Shown here piece by piece: positions 47,849 through 60,149 of a DNA stretch of 64,000 nucleotides; position 1 is the first letter of the stretch; every line of letters begins with the position of its first letter. Under the pieces are notes generated by a model. It worked only from the letters and a program-made list of their open reading frames with translations, made no database searches and was not told where the DNA came from. This DNA comes from Squalus acanthias (Eukaryota): contig CM059432.1 of assembly GCA_030390025.1 (NCBI GenBank), positions 11,594,001 through 11,658,000 on the forward strand, given 5' to 3'. A program made the position numbers and the translations under genes.

Positions 47849-47859
47849 TCCCGTATAAT

Positions 47860-48785
47860 TAAGAAGTTTGCAGATGATACATAAATTGGTTGTGTGGTTG
47901 ATAATGAAGAAGAAAGCTGCAGACTGCAGGAAGATATCAATGGACTGGTCAGGTGGGCGGAACAGTGGCAAATGGAATTCAATCTGGAGAAGTGTGAGGT
48001 AATGTATTTGGGGAGGGCTAACAAGGCAAGGGAATACACAATAAATGGTAGGACACTGAGAAGTGCAGAAGATCAGAGGGACCTTGGAGTGCATGTCCAC
48101 AGATCCCTGAAGGTAGCAGGACAGGTAGATAAGGTGGTTTGGAAGGCATATGGGATACTTGCCTTTATTAGCCGAGGCATAGAATATAAGAGCAGGGACT
48201 TTATGCTTGAACTGTATAAAACACTAGTTAGGCCGCAGCTAGAATACTGCGTGCAGTTCTGGTCACCACATTACAGGAAGGATATGATTGCACTAGAGGG
48301 GGTGCAGAGGAGATTTACGAGGATGTTGCCTGGGCTGGGGAATTTTAGCTATGAGGAAAGATTGGATAGGCTGGGGTTCTTTTCTTTGGAACAGAGGAGG
48401 CTGAGGGGAGACCTAATTGAGGTGTTTAAAATTATGAGGGACCTAGATAGAGTGGATATGGACCTATTTCCCTTAGCAGAAGGGTCAATAACCAGGGGGC
48501 ATAGATTTAAAGTAATTGGTCAGAAGTTTAGAGGGGATTTGAGGAGAAATGTTTTCACCCAGAGGGTGGTGGGGTCTGGAATTCACTGTCTGAAAGGGTG
48601 GTAGAGGCAGAAACCCTCGTCACATTTAAAAAGTACTTGGATATGCACTTGAAGTGCCGTAACCTACAGGGCTACAGACCAAGTGCTGGAACGTGGGATT
48701 AGGGTGGATAGCTCTTTGTCGGCCGGCACGGACAAGATGGGCCGAATGGCCTCCTTCTGTGCTGTAAATTTCTATGATTCTATGA
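47860..48785 (+). mobile_element. CR1 LINE 3' fragment (from FADD to tail)
   Basis: KFADD at ~47863; ORF 47894-48604; (TTCTATGA)n tail. Confidence 0.92.
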
Positions 48786-49211
48786 GAACAACCCCAACTT
48801 CTCCAGTCTATCCACATAACTGAAGTCCCTCATCCCTGGAACCATTCTTGTAAATCTTTTCTGCACCCTCTCTAAGGCCTTCACATCCTTCTTAAAGTGC
48901 GGTGTCCAGAATTGGACACAATACTCCAGTTGAGGCCGAACCAGTGTTTCATAAAGGTTCATCATACCTTCCTTGCTTTTGTACTCAATGCCTTTATTTA
49001 TGAAGCCCAGGATCCTGCATGCTATTTAAACCGCTTTCTCAACCTGCCCTGCCACCTTCAACGATTTGTACACATATACCCGCAGGTCTCTCTGTTCATG
49101 CACCCCCTTTAGGATTGTACCATAAGAACATGGGAAATAGGAGCAGGAGCAGGTCATTCGGCCCTTCGAGCCTGCTCCGCCATTCAATGAGATCATGGCT
49201 GATCTTCTGCC

Positions 49212-52060
49212 TCAACTCCATTCACCGGCCCTATCGCCATATCCCTTGATGCCCTTACTAGTCAGAAATCTATCGACTTCTGTTTTGAATATACCCAATG
49301 ACTGAGCCTCCACAACCCTCTGGGGTAGAGAATTCCAAAGATTCACCACCCTCTGTGTGAAGAAATTTCTTCTCATCTCAGTCCTGAATGGCCTATCCTT
49401 TATCTTGAGGCTGTGGCCCCTGGTTCTAGACTCCCCAGCTATGAGAAACATTCTCCCAGCATCCATCCTATCAAGCCCTGTAATAATTTTGTATGCTTCA
49501 ATGAGATCCCCTCTCATTCTTCTGAATTCAAGAGAATACAGGCCTAGTTTACTCAATCTCTTCTCATACGACAGTCCCGTCATCCCAGGAATCAATCTCG
49601 TGAACCTTCGTTGCACTCCCTCCATGGCAAGTATATCCTTCCTTAGGTAAGGAGACCAAAATTGTACACAGTACTCCAGGTGTGGTCTCACCAAGGCCCT
49701 ATATAATTGGAGTAAGACTTCTTTACTCCTGTACTCAAATCCTCTTGTAATGAAGGCCAGCACACCATTTGCCTTCCTAATGGCTTGCTGCACCTGCACA
49801 TTCACTTTCAGTGACTCATGTATAAGGACACCCAGGTCCCTTTGAGCATCTGCATTCCCCAATCTTTCACCATTTAGGAAATACTCTGCCTTTCTGTTTT
49901 TTCTACCAAAGTGGATAACTTCACATTTATCCACATTATATTCCATCTGCCATGTTCTCGCCCACTCCCTGAGCCTGTCGAGATCCCCTTGAAGCCTCTT
50001 CACATCCTCTTCACAACTAACACTGCCACCTAGCTTTGTATCATCAGCAAATTTGGAAATGTTACATTTAGTCCCCTCATCCAAATCATTGATATAGATT
50101 GTGAATAGCTGGGGCCCAAGCACCGATCCTTGCAGTACCCCACTAGTTACAGCCTGCCATCCTGAAAAAGACCCGTTTATCCCTACTCTTTGTTTTCTGT
50201 CTGTTAACCAATTCTCAATCCATGCTAGTATATTACCCCCAATTCCATGTGCCCTAATTTTGTTCACCAACCTCTTGTGTGGGACCTTATCGAAGGCCTT
50301 CTGAAAATTCAGATACACCACATCTACCAGTTCCCCCTTGTCTACTCCACTAGTTACATCCTCAAAGAACTCCAATAGGATTGTCAAACAGGATTTCCCT
50401 TTCATAAATCCATGTTGACTCTGCCCAATCTTACTATTAGTTTCTAAGTGCCCAGTTATTGCATCCTTTATAATAGATTCCAGCATTTTTCCAACTACTG
50501 ATGTGAGGCTAACAGGTCTGTAGTTCCCTGTTTTCTCTCTCCCTCCTTTCTCAAATAGCGGGGTTACATTTGCTATCCTCCAATCTGCAGGAACCGTTCC
50601 AGAATCTATAGAATTTTGGAAGATAACAACCAATGCGTCCACTATTCCAATGGCCACCTCTTTCAAAACCCTAGGATGTAGGTCATCCGGTCCTTGGGAT
50701 TTATCGACTTTTAGTCCCATTAATTTTGCTAGTACTGTTGTTTTACTAATAATAATTTCTTTAAGTTCCTCATTCTCATCGCACCCTTGGTTTTCTCGTA
50801 TTTCTGGGAGTTTTTTTGTGTCTTCCTCCGTGAAGACAGAAACAAGGTATTTATTTAATTTCTCTGCCATTTTCTCATTCCCCATTATAAATTCTCCCGT
50901 CTCTGACTGTAAAGGACCTACATTTACCTTCGCCAGTCTTTTCCTTTTCACATACCTATAGAAGCTTTTACAATCCGTTTTTATATTTTTCGCTAGATAG
51001 TGCTCATATTCCATTTTCCCTTTCTTTATCAATTTCTTGGTACCCCTTTGCTGATTTCTAAAAAGATCCCAATCCTCAGGCTGACCGCTTTTTCTGGCAA
51101 CTTTATAAGCTTCCTCCTTTGACTTAATACTAGCTTTAATTTCTTTTGTTAGCCATGGTTGGATCACTTTTCCTTTTGGGTTTTTATGCCCTAGAGGAAT
51201 ATATGTTTGTTGCAAATTATGCATTATTTCCTTGAGTGTTAGCCATTGTATGTCCACCTTCATACCTTTTAGTGTAGTCTCCCAATCTACCATGGCCAAC
51301 TTGTCCCTCATACCCTTGTAGTTTCCTCTGTTTAGATTGAAGACCTTAGTTTCAGATTGGACTACATCACTCTCAAACTGAATGTAAAATTCAATCATAT
51401 TATGGTCACTTGTCCCTAAAGGCCCCTTTACCACAAGATTATTGATTAGCCCTTTCTTATTACACAGTACCAGATCCAGAATAGCCTGTTCCCTGGTTGG
51501 TTCCTCCACATACTGATCCAGGAAACCATCTCGCATGCAGTCCAAGAATTCGTCCTCCACACCATTAGTGGTAATTTGATTTGCCCAGTCAATATGTAGA
51601 TTAAAGTCCCCCATGATTACCGTATTGCCCTTGTTACATGCACTTCTAATCTCTTGATTGATACTGTGCCCTACATTACCACTGCTGTTTGGTGGCCTAT
51701 ACACAACTCCCACCAATGTTTTCCGCCCTTTGCTGTTTCTTAGCTCCACCCAAACTGATTTCAGTTCTACATCACGATCTGCCGAGCCAAGATCTTTTAT
51801 CTCTACCATACCGATCTCAACCCTTATTAACAGCGCTACGCCACCTCCTTTTCCTTTTTGTCTGTCCTTCCTAAATGTTGAGTACCCTGGAACATTCAGT
51901 TCCCAGCTTTGGTTACCCTGCAACCATGTCTCTGTAATGGCAATTACATCCTACCCATTTACTTCTATTAGTGCCATTAATTCATGCATCTTGTTGCGAA
52001 TGCTACGTGCATTTAGATAAAGTGCCTTCAACTTTGCCTGTTTAATATTTTTCTGCACTT
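49212..52060 (-). pseudogene. CR1 ORF2 (APE endonuclease + reverse transcriptase); 903-aa open stretch preceded by one in-frame stop
   Basis: LKALYLNARSIRNK..NG*DVIAITETWL (TAG at 51951-51953); MGDFN, SDHN, NYRPVSLTS, VYLNFQKAFD (expected catalytic D reads N), QGSVLGP, FADD. Confidence 0.95.
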
Positions 52061-52189
52061 TGACCCTCTTTACTGTTGGCCTTTGTTTCTGCTCCCTACT
52101 AGTTTTGCTGACTACTTTTCTAACTTGCACTTCCAGCTTTGTTTCTCTTCGCTCTGGGCCCACACTTAGGTTCCCAGCCCCCTGACAAA

Positions 52190-53120
52190 CTAGTTTAAAT
52201 CCTTCCCAACAGCACTAGCAAACCCCCCTGCGAGGATGTTGGTCCAGCTTCTGCCGAGGTGTAACCCGTCCAGCTTGTACAGGTCCCACCTTCCCCAGAA
52301 TCGGTCCCAATGCCTCAGGAATTTAAATCCCTCCCTCCTACACCATCTGGTCTATTCTCCTATTTCTGCTCTCGCTAGCACGTGAAACTGGGAGTAATCC
52401 TGAGATTACTACCTTTGAGGTCCTGCTTTTTAATTTATTTCCTAGCTCCCTATATTCTGCTTGCACGACCTCGTCCCTCTTTCTACCTATGTCGTTGGTA
52501 CCGATATGGACCACGGCCTCTTGCTGTTCACCCTCCCCCTTCAGAATGTCCTGCAGCCGCTTACTGACATCCCTGACCCTGGCACCAGGGAGGCAATAAA
52601 CCATCCTGGAGCCACGCCTGTGGCCACAGAAACGTCTATCTGTTCCCCTTACGATAGAATCCCCTATCACTATTGCTCTCCCACTCATTTTCCTCCCCTC
52701 CTGTGTAGCTGAGCCACTCGTAGTGCCACGGACTTGACTCTTGCTGCATTCCCCTGAGAATGCATCTCCCCCAGCAGTATCCAAAACGGAAAATCTGTTG
52801 GAGAGGGAGATGGACCCAGGGGACTCCTGCACTACCTTCCTAGTTATTTTACTCTGTCTGGCGGTCACCCATTCCCTGTCTGCCTGTGTACTCTTTACCT
52901 GTGGTGTGACCACCTCATTAAACATGCTATCCACGAAGATCTCAGCCTCGTGGATGCTCCACAGTGACTCCAGCCGCAGCTCCAGCCCTGAAACGCGGAT
53001 TTCAAGTAGCTGCAGCTGGAGACACTTCCTGCACATGTGTTCACCCTGGACACCGAAAGTGTCCCTGACTTCCCACATAGCACAGGAAGAGCACTCCACG
53101 CTGCCGAGCTGCCTTGCCAT
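52190..53120 (-). pseudogene. CR1 ORF1 (Zn finger/leucine zipper + SGNH esterase-like), frameshifted near the C-terminus
   Basis: CSSC..CRKC, VIGDSIVR, CLPGA, VHIGTND. Confidence 0.92.
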
Positions 53121-54372
53121 GTCCTACCCTTAATTTACACCCTTTCCTTCCTCTAAATTAAAGAATCTTAAATACACTAGGGACCTTACTTCACTTTACA
53201 CACTACTTACTCTAAACTAGAGACCTTACTTTTACTTTAACGACTGGACTGTAGAAATACTCACCAGGTCCTACTTACCAATCAGCTCCTTCCCTTGTGC
53301 CGACGTCACTTTAAATCTCTGATGTCACTTCTGAATGTTGCCTGTTGAGGTCCGCTCTCGCTGCTGTTCCCAATAGTTTATATTGCCTCTCCTCATTCTC
53401 CCTACCAAAATGTATAATTTTGCAGTTTTCTCGTTAAATTTCATCTGCCACGTGTCCGCCCATTCACCTGCCTGTCTATGTCCTCTTGAAGTCTATCACT
53501 ATCCTCCTCACTGTTCACTATACTTCCAAGTTTTGTGTCATCTGCAAATTTTGAAATTGTGCCCTGTACACCCAAGTCCAAGCCCTTAATATATATCAAG
53601 AAAAGATGTCTTCCTTTTCTGTTCTTTATATCTCTCCCAGTCCCCTGGATCTACATTATTTTTTGCAGTCTTGTGTGCTCTTTCCTTTAGTTTTATATTA
53701 TCTCTCATCTCTTTTGTCAACCATGCCTGTTTTATTTGGTAAGTAGAGCTCTTGCCCCTTAGGGGTATATATTGGATCTGTATTAAGCTAAATTATTTTC
53801 AAACAACTCCCACTGTTCATCTACAATTTTACCCGAGAACACTTTTGACCAGTTTGCTGTCGTCTGTCTCTGTCTCGACCCGTTAAAGTTAGCCGTACCA
53901 AAATCTAGAATCTTAGTAACTGTGTTACGTTTCTCCTTTTCAAACCTAGCATTGAATTCGATCATGTCATGATCACTATTCGATAAATGTTCCCTTACTG
54001 TTGGATTATTAACTATGTCTGGCTCATTACTCGTTACTAAATTTAGTAGGGCCTGCCCTGTTGTTGGTTCCAGAGCATATTGCTCCAGAAAATTATCTTG
54101 AATGCATTCAAGAAATTCACTACCTTTCTGACTTGAGCTACTTTGCTCTTACCAATTTATATGAAAATTAAAGCCTCCCATTAAAACAACTCCGCTTTTG
54201 CTACAACCTCTCCAATCTCTGAATTAATACATTCTGCCACTTCATTGCTGCTATCAGGAGGCCTGTAGACAACTCCCATTACAGTTTTTAAGTCCTCTCT
54301 TATTCCTCAATTTTAAACATAGATTCTCCGCTGATTGCTTTCCCTTATACATATCCTGTCTTAGTTGTAATA

Positions 54373-54669
54373 CAGGTTGAGCGTCCAAAATCCGGAGTTC
54401 CGGAATCAGGACTCCGGGACGATTGGTGGCAGGGTCGTCCAGAATCCGTAAAATGTTCCGGAATCCGGACCCCCTGTCAAACCGGGCTTGGGCCCAGGCA
54501 TTTCCGGACTTGGAACGTGTTTCTGATGTCCGAAGTCCGGAAACGCCCGAGCCCAGGTTGCGATATTTCCGGACTTCGGACATCAGAAACATGTTCCGAA
54601 GTCCGGAAAAACACGAAAACTGGCTCGCCGTCGGTCCCTGAAGTTGCTGGATTCAGGACGCTCAACCTG
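54373..54669. mobile_element. Tc1/mariner-pogo (Tigger-like) MITE
   Basis: TA|CAGGTTGAGCGTCC...GGACGCTCAACCTG|TA: perfect 14-bp TIR with TA TSD; internal inverted repeats. Confidence 0.92.
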
Positions 54670-54794
54670 TAGTATCTTTAATCAATAAAGCTACCCCTCC
54701 TCCTCTTCAAGTTTCCCTATTCTTTCTCGAGACCTTTATAACCTGGAATATTTAACTCCCAGTCATGACCAGCTTGCAGCCATGTCTCAGTAAA

Positions 54795-55122
54795 TGTGAG
54801 AAGTCGCACAACACCAGGTTATAGTCCAACAGCTTTATTTGAAATCACAAGCTTTCGGAGCGCTGCTCCTTCGTCAGGTGAAGTGAAGAGATGCATATAG
54901 GCATAGCATATATAGTCAGAGAACACTGCCAGATGATTACAGTTAATCTTTCTAACTGCCCTTTATCACACCTCGGCAGAGAGATAATCACGGCAATCAA
55001 AGGTGTGGATGGTGTCCAAACAGGTCAGTCAGGAAAACATTACATCAGCTGTTGGACTATAACCTGGTGTTGTGCGACTTCTCACATTTGTCCACCCCAG
55101 TCCAACACCGGCATCTCCACAT
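54795..55122 (-). mobile_element. PLE pLTR insertion with an inverted terminal segment
   Basis: Perfect 43-bp inverted repeat at 54792-54834 / 55047-55089; TSD CAT(G/A)TCTCAGTAAA at 54781-54794 / 55123-55136. Confidence 0.88.
54845..54881 (-). ncRNA. Minimal type I hammerhead ribozyme motif (second family)
   Basis: Identical to 29055-29091 on the opposite strand. Confidence 0.75.
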
Positions 55123-56086
55123 CATATCTCAGTAAAGGCCACCATGTCAAACCCTCTGAGCTGTATTTGAGCCTCGAATTCACTCAATTTATTTCTTATA
55201 CTTTGTGCGGTAGTATATAAAACTCTTATTTGGCAAGAGACCCTAACCTGTCCGTCTGCCCTGATGCTGTCTTTCTCACACCGTTTAACTTAACACGTTT
55301 ATTATTTGTCACTCATGCTGTAACTATTTTAGTTATTTTAGTGTTCCCTTCGCCTGGAGTATATCACTGTTTGTGACCTGAACTCTGCTCTGATCCCTTT
55401 TTAAAAATCTTTAAACTATCATTTTTAATATTGTTTCTGACTGAGCCCTTTCCCCCCCCATTTATTAGTTTAAAGTCCTTTTTGCCACGCTATTTATCCT
55501 TTCCACTAGGACCTTTGTCCCAACCTGGGTCAGGTGGAGCCCGTCCCAACAGTACAGCCCCTTCCTCTCCCGGTACTGGTGCCAGTGTCCCATGAAATGG
55601 AACTCCTCATTCCCACACCACTCCTTTAGCCATGTGTTCACCTTCCTGATCTGTTTTGTCCCTGTGCCAATTAGCACGTGGCTCGAGCAATAATCCTGAG
55701 ATTACCATCCTTGAGGTCTTGCTTTTTAATTTAGCTCCTAACTTCTGATACTCCCTCAGCAGCGCCTACCCCACTTTTCATCCCTATGTCACTGATCCTG
55801 ACATGGACCATGACAACTGGATCTAACCCCTCCCTTTCCAAATTCCCTTCTAGCCGCATCGAGAACAGCAGCCAAATCAGCGGTCTTTAAAGGGACCGCT
55901 AGATGCTGTCACCAAAATGGTCAGTAGCAAATCTTTCCTTACCGGAAATGTGGAGCCAGAAGGAGCACGTTCAAACTGGGGGTCACTGCGGACCGCTGCT
56001 CACCTCCGCTCAATCTCCACCAACCGCCCCCCAGCCCCCGACTCACGGTAGGTCTGGTCTCTGGAAAATCAGGAAAAAAAGTAGTC

Positions 56087-56310
56087 ATAAGAACATAAGA
56101 AATAGGAGCAGGAGTAGGCCATTCGGCCCTTTGAGCCTGCTCCGCCATTCAATGAGATCATGGCTGATCTTCTATCTCAATTCCATTCACCGGCCTTATC
56201 GCCATATCCCTTGATGCCCTTACTAGTCAGAAATCTATCGACTTCTGTTTTGAATATACCCAATGCCTGAGCCTCCACAGCCCTCTGGGGTAGAGAATTC
56301 CAAAGATTCA
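56087..56310 (-). mobile_element. CR1 3' end (same subfamily as 49121-53371)
   Basis: Near identity to 49121-49347. Confidence 0.88.
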
Positions 56311-57011
56311 CCTTACCCTGGCACCAGTTAGGCAACACACCCTTTGGGACTCTCGATCGTGGCTGCAGAGGATGCTATCTATCTCCCTAATTATTGAATC
56401 ACCTATTAATACTACATTTCTATTCTGCTCCTCCCCACTTTGGACAGCGCTCTGCCCCACGCTAGCTGGGTCAGCATTTGTGGCTGTCCTCCCCGCAGTC
56501 CTCACAGGTACCAAGTACATTTGTACCTATTGGACAGGACCAATGTCTGCGGGACCTCCTCCTCTATCTCCCCTCGGTTCCCTCTACCCTGCTGACTGAC
56601 AGTCACACTCTCCCCTTCCTGCACCTGTGCTTTCCTCTGAAGTGCGATTGTACTCTGGAGAAAACTAGCCAGAAATTCCTCCCCCTCCCCTTATGTGTCG
56701 GAGTGTCTCCAACTCGCACTCCAGCTCAATGACTCTGAGCCGGAGTGACTGAAGGCAGAGACATTTTCTGCAGATGTGGCAATCCAGGACAGTCTCGCTG
56801 TCCACAAACTCCCACATATTACAGTCCCGACACACAACCTGCACTGCCATTTCTAGTTTTAATTTATTTTTTTGTTAGTAGTAATTTAAATCTAGATATA
56901 ATAGAATTACTTGAGATCTAGATTATATTTAGTAGATGGATTTAGCTTAATTTCAGATTAATTTGTAATAAATTAGTCTTGTTTTTTGTTTATTTACTTC
57001 TTTATTTTAGT

Positions 57012-57442
57012 AAAAGAGAGACTTGCATTTATATGGCATTTCACAACCTCAGGACGTCCCAAAGCGCTTTACAGCCAAAAGTACTTTTGAAGTGTAGTCA
57101 CTGTTGCAATGTAGGAAACGGGCCGCCAATTTGCGCACAGCAAGCTCCCGTAAGCAGCAGTGTGAAAACCAGATAATCTGGGGGTTTTTTAAGTGATGTT
57201 GATTGAGGGATAAATATTGGCCAGGACACCGGGGATAACTTCCCCATGGGATCTTTTACATCCATCTGAGAGAGCGGACGGAGCCTCGGTTTAATGTCAC
57301 ATCTGAAAAACGGCACCTCCGACAGTGCAGCGCTCCCTCAGTACTGCACTGGAGTGTCAGCCTGATATTTGTGCTCAAGTCTCTTGAACCCCCAACCTTC
57401 TCACACAGAGACGAGAGTGCTACCCACTGAGCCTTGGCTGAC
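57012..57442 (-). mobile_element. SacSINE1-like DeuSINE
   Basis: Head to tail homologous to 29308-29771. Confidence 0.85.
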
Positions 57443-57969
57443 ATATTTCCCCTCATCACTCGTTTATTATTTATGTATACCAGATTTTTATTTAATGCGA
57501 TTTGAATCCCTTTAGTGTTGGTATCCTCTACTTAGTTAATTTAAATTTGATTCCCTTAGATCTAATTGATTACCTGGATTATTTATTTATATATTTGCTG
57601 TTGGCCCTTGGTTTAAATTGCTAAGCACCTCCTTCCTCCTCTGCAGCGAGTTCCCACTCTCCCCAAATTCCCGTCTTCACTCTGTTTAGCAAGTCACTTT
57701 AGCAGATTTGCCCAGCTTTGTCCTCACCGCTCTCAGCTGCAATTCTCCATGTGTGAGCATAGATAGTGAGGACACCCAGTAAACCTCATTCCAAAATGAC
57801 ACTACAGCGCAGCCTAGTGCTGTCGAGTGCCCCCATTCCCAATGTTCTTCACTCATTTTCACTTTAAATATTCAGGCACCTGTTATTGTGTTGTTAATAG
57901 TTAAAAATCACAGCAGATTAAAGTGATATTAGCGGCAAAACTGCTAACTAATTTGATAGTCGTTGATTA

Positions 57970-58451
57970 AGAACATAAGAAAGAGTAGGCCATTCGGCCC
58001 TTCGAGTCTGCTCTGCCATTCAGTAAGATCATGGCTGATCATCTCCACTTTCCCGCCCTATCCCCATATCCCTTGATTCCCTTAATATCCAAAAATCTAT
58101 CTATCCCTGTCTTGAATATACTCAACGACTGAGCCTCCACAGCCCTCTGGGGTAGAGAATTCCAAAGATTCACAACCCTCTGAGTGAAGAAATTTCTCCT
58201 CATCTCAGTCCTAAATGGCCAACCCCTTATTCTGAGATAGATTCCCCAGCCAGGGGAAACACCCTCCCTGCATCTACCCTGGGTTTAACGCCTCATCCAA
58301 AAAAATGGCACCTCCAGTAGTACAGCAGTCCCTCAGTACTGCAGTGAGGTGTCAGCCTGGATTATGTGCTGTAGTCCCTGGAGCGGGACTATGAACCTAC
58401 AATCTTCTGACTCGGAGAATGAGAGTGCTACCCACTGAGCCACGGCTGACA
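57970..58451 (-). mobile_element. CR1 3' fragment (57970-58281) abutting a SacSINE1-like 5' fragment (58282-58451)
   Basis: Homology to the other copies. Confidence 0.8.
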
Positions 58452-59060
58452 TTTTGTCTGACTATGACTGTGGCACATTATCCTTCCTTGTTCCCCGTGT
58501 CCCTTCCATGGCCTTTGAAACGGTTGACCACACCATCCTCCTCCGCTGTCTTGTCGCCGTGGTTCTCCCTCTGTGGCATTGCCCTGGCATGGTTCTACCT
58601 GGGATAAAATGGCTGCGGGGAAGTAGTAAAGTTGCTCTTGCACCTCACCCCAGTGGTGCCGGGCAAACTGAAATTTCTTTACCCAGTGGGTTGTTGGAGC
58701 ACACAAGGCTTTGCCACATGGAGTGCTTGAGACCATTGCAATTTTTAAGGAAAAATTGGATACATATTTGAAGCGGAGGATGATACAGGGTTATGGAGAG
58801 AGCGCAGGGCAGTAGCTTTGGATTGCTCTAGCAAAGAGCTGGCACTGACACAATGGGCCGAGTGGCCTGTTTTTGTGCTGTGAACTTCAAGGGTTCCAAA
58901 TATTCCCATTTATACACTTCTCTCTGGAGCCCTGCATAACTCCAGTCGATAAACAGTACAGTAATGTACTGGCGGGGCAGCCACACTGAGACCAGTGGTA
59001 AGAAGAGAATGCTGTCGAGAGCTTCCCCTTGGTCTAAATTGCCTCTGTAGCCCTAACCTC

Positions 59061-59612
59061 ACATAGAAACATAGAAGATAGGAGTAGGAGTAGGCCATTC
59101 GGCCCCTCGAGCCTGCTCCGCCATTCAATGAGATCATGGCTGATCATCCATATTCAGTACCCTGTCCCTGCCTTTTCCCCATATCCCTTGATCCCTTTAG
59201 CCTTAAGAAATATATCTAACTCCTTCTTGAATATATTTAATGAATTGGCCTCCACTGCCTTCTGTGGTAGAGAATTCCACAGGTTCACCACTCTCTGGGT
59301 GAAGAAATTCCTCCTCATCTCAGTCCTAAATGGCTTACCCCTTATCTTTAGACTGTGACCCCTGGTTCTGGACTCCCTGACCATCGGGAACATCCTTCCT
59401 GCATCTAGTCTGTCTAGTCCTGTTAGAATTTTATAAGTTTCAATGAGATCCCCTCTCATTCTTCTAAACTCCAGCGAGTATAAGCCCAATCGACCCAATC
59501 TCTCCTCATACGTCATTCCTGCCATCCCAGGTATCAGCCTGGTGAATCTTCGCTGCACTCCCTCCATGGCAAGAACATCCTTCCTCAGATAAGGCGACCA
59601 AAACTGCACACA
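59061..59612 (-). mobile_element. CR1 3' fragment
   Basis: CVQFWSPYLRKDVLAMEGVQRRFTRL..GIKGYGEKAGTGY; (TTTCTATG)n tail. Confidence 0.92.
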
Positions 59613-59649
59613 ATGCCAGTTGAGCCCCACACCAGACATGTGACATTTG

Positions 59650-60120
59650 TCGGCCCTCTCAGGTGGACGTAAAAGATCCCATGACACTATTTCGAAGAAG
59701 AGCAGGGGAGTTCCCTCACATTCCAGATTTGTATATATTTGGGGGGCCAAATGGTGGCTCAAGGTGATGTGATACATCATTGCAGGACTGAGGGAGCCTC
59801 GCTGCACTGTCGGAGTTGCCACTTTCAGATGAGACATTAAACCGAGGGCCCGTCTCAGGTGGATGTAAAAGATCGAAGAAGAGCAGGAGCGTTCTCCCCG
59901 GCGTCCTGGCCAATATTTCTCCCTCAAACAAGATCGCTAAAAAACAGATTATCTGGTCATTATTACATTGCTGTTTGTGGGACCTTGCTGTGCGCAAGTT
60001 GGCTGTCGCATTTCCCTACATTACAACAGTGACTACACTTCAAGAAGTACTTAATTGGCTGTAAAGCGCTTTGGGACGTCCTGAGGTCGTGAAAGGCGCT
60101 ATATAAATACAAGTCTTTCG
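59650..60120 (+). mobile_element. SacSINE1-like DeuSINE fragments
   Basis: Deu body and tail. Confidence 0.8.
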
Positions 60121-60149
60121 TTCTCGCACGTTAAAAAGTATTTAGCACT

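Larger units (their letters stand above)
49121..53371 (-). mobile_element. Full-length CR1 (HER1-like) LINE, recently inactivated
   Basis: 5' UTR, ORF1, ORF2, 3' UTR and tail all present in order. Confidence 0.95.
48786..57700 (-). mobile_element. Old CR1 LINE (ORF1 and ORF2 remnants) fragmented by at least five nested insertions
   Basis: RT pieces at 48786-49120 and 53372-53605 join across the nested CR1; EN remnant ~53780-55200; ORF1 esterase 55465-55860 and 56310-56520 (LIGDSIIR); Zn finger CRDC..CRKC at 56665-56850. Confidence 0.7.

Noticed and set aside
49212..51923. Intact, active RT gene
   Set aside because: An upstream in-frame stop removes the first endonuclease motif, the first RT catalytic Asp reads Asn, and ORF1 is frameshifted
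59154..59927. 257-aa novel ORF (also 903-1469 and 41128-41691)
   Set aside because: Chance read-through from SINE, PLE or flank sequence into CR1 C-terminal fragments
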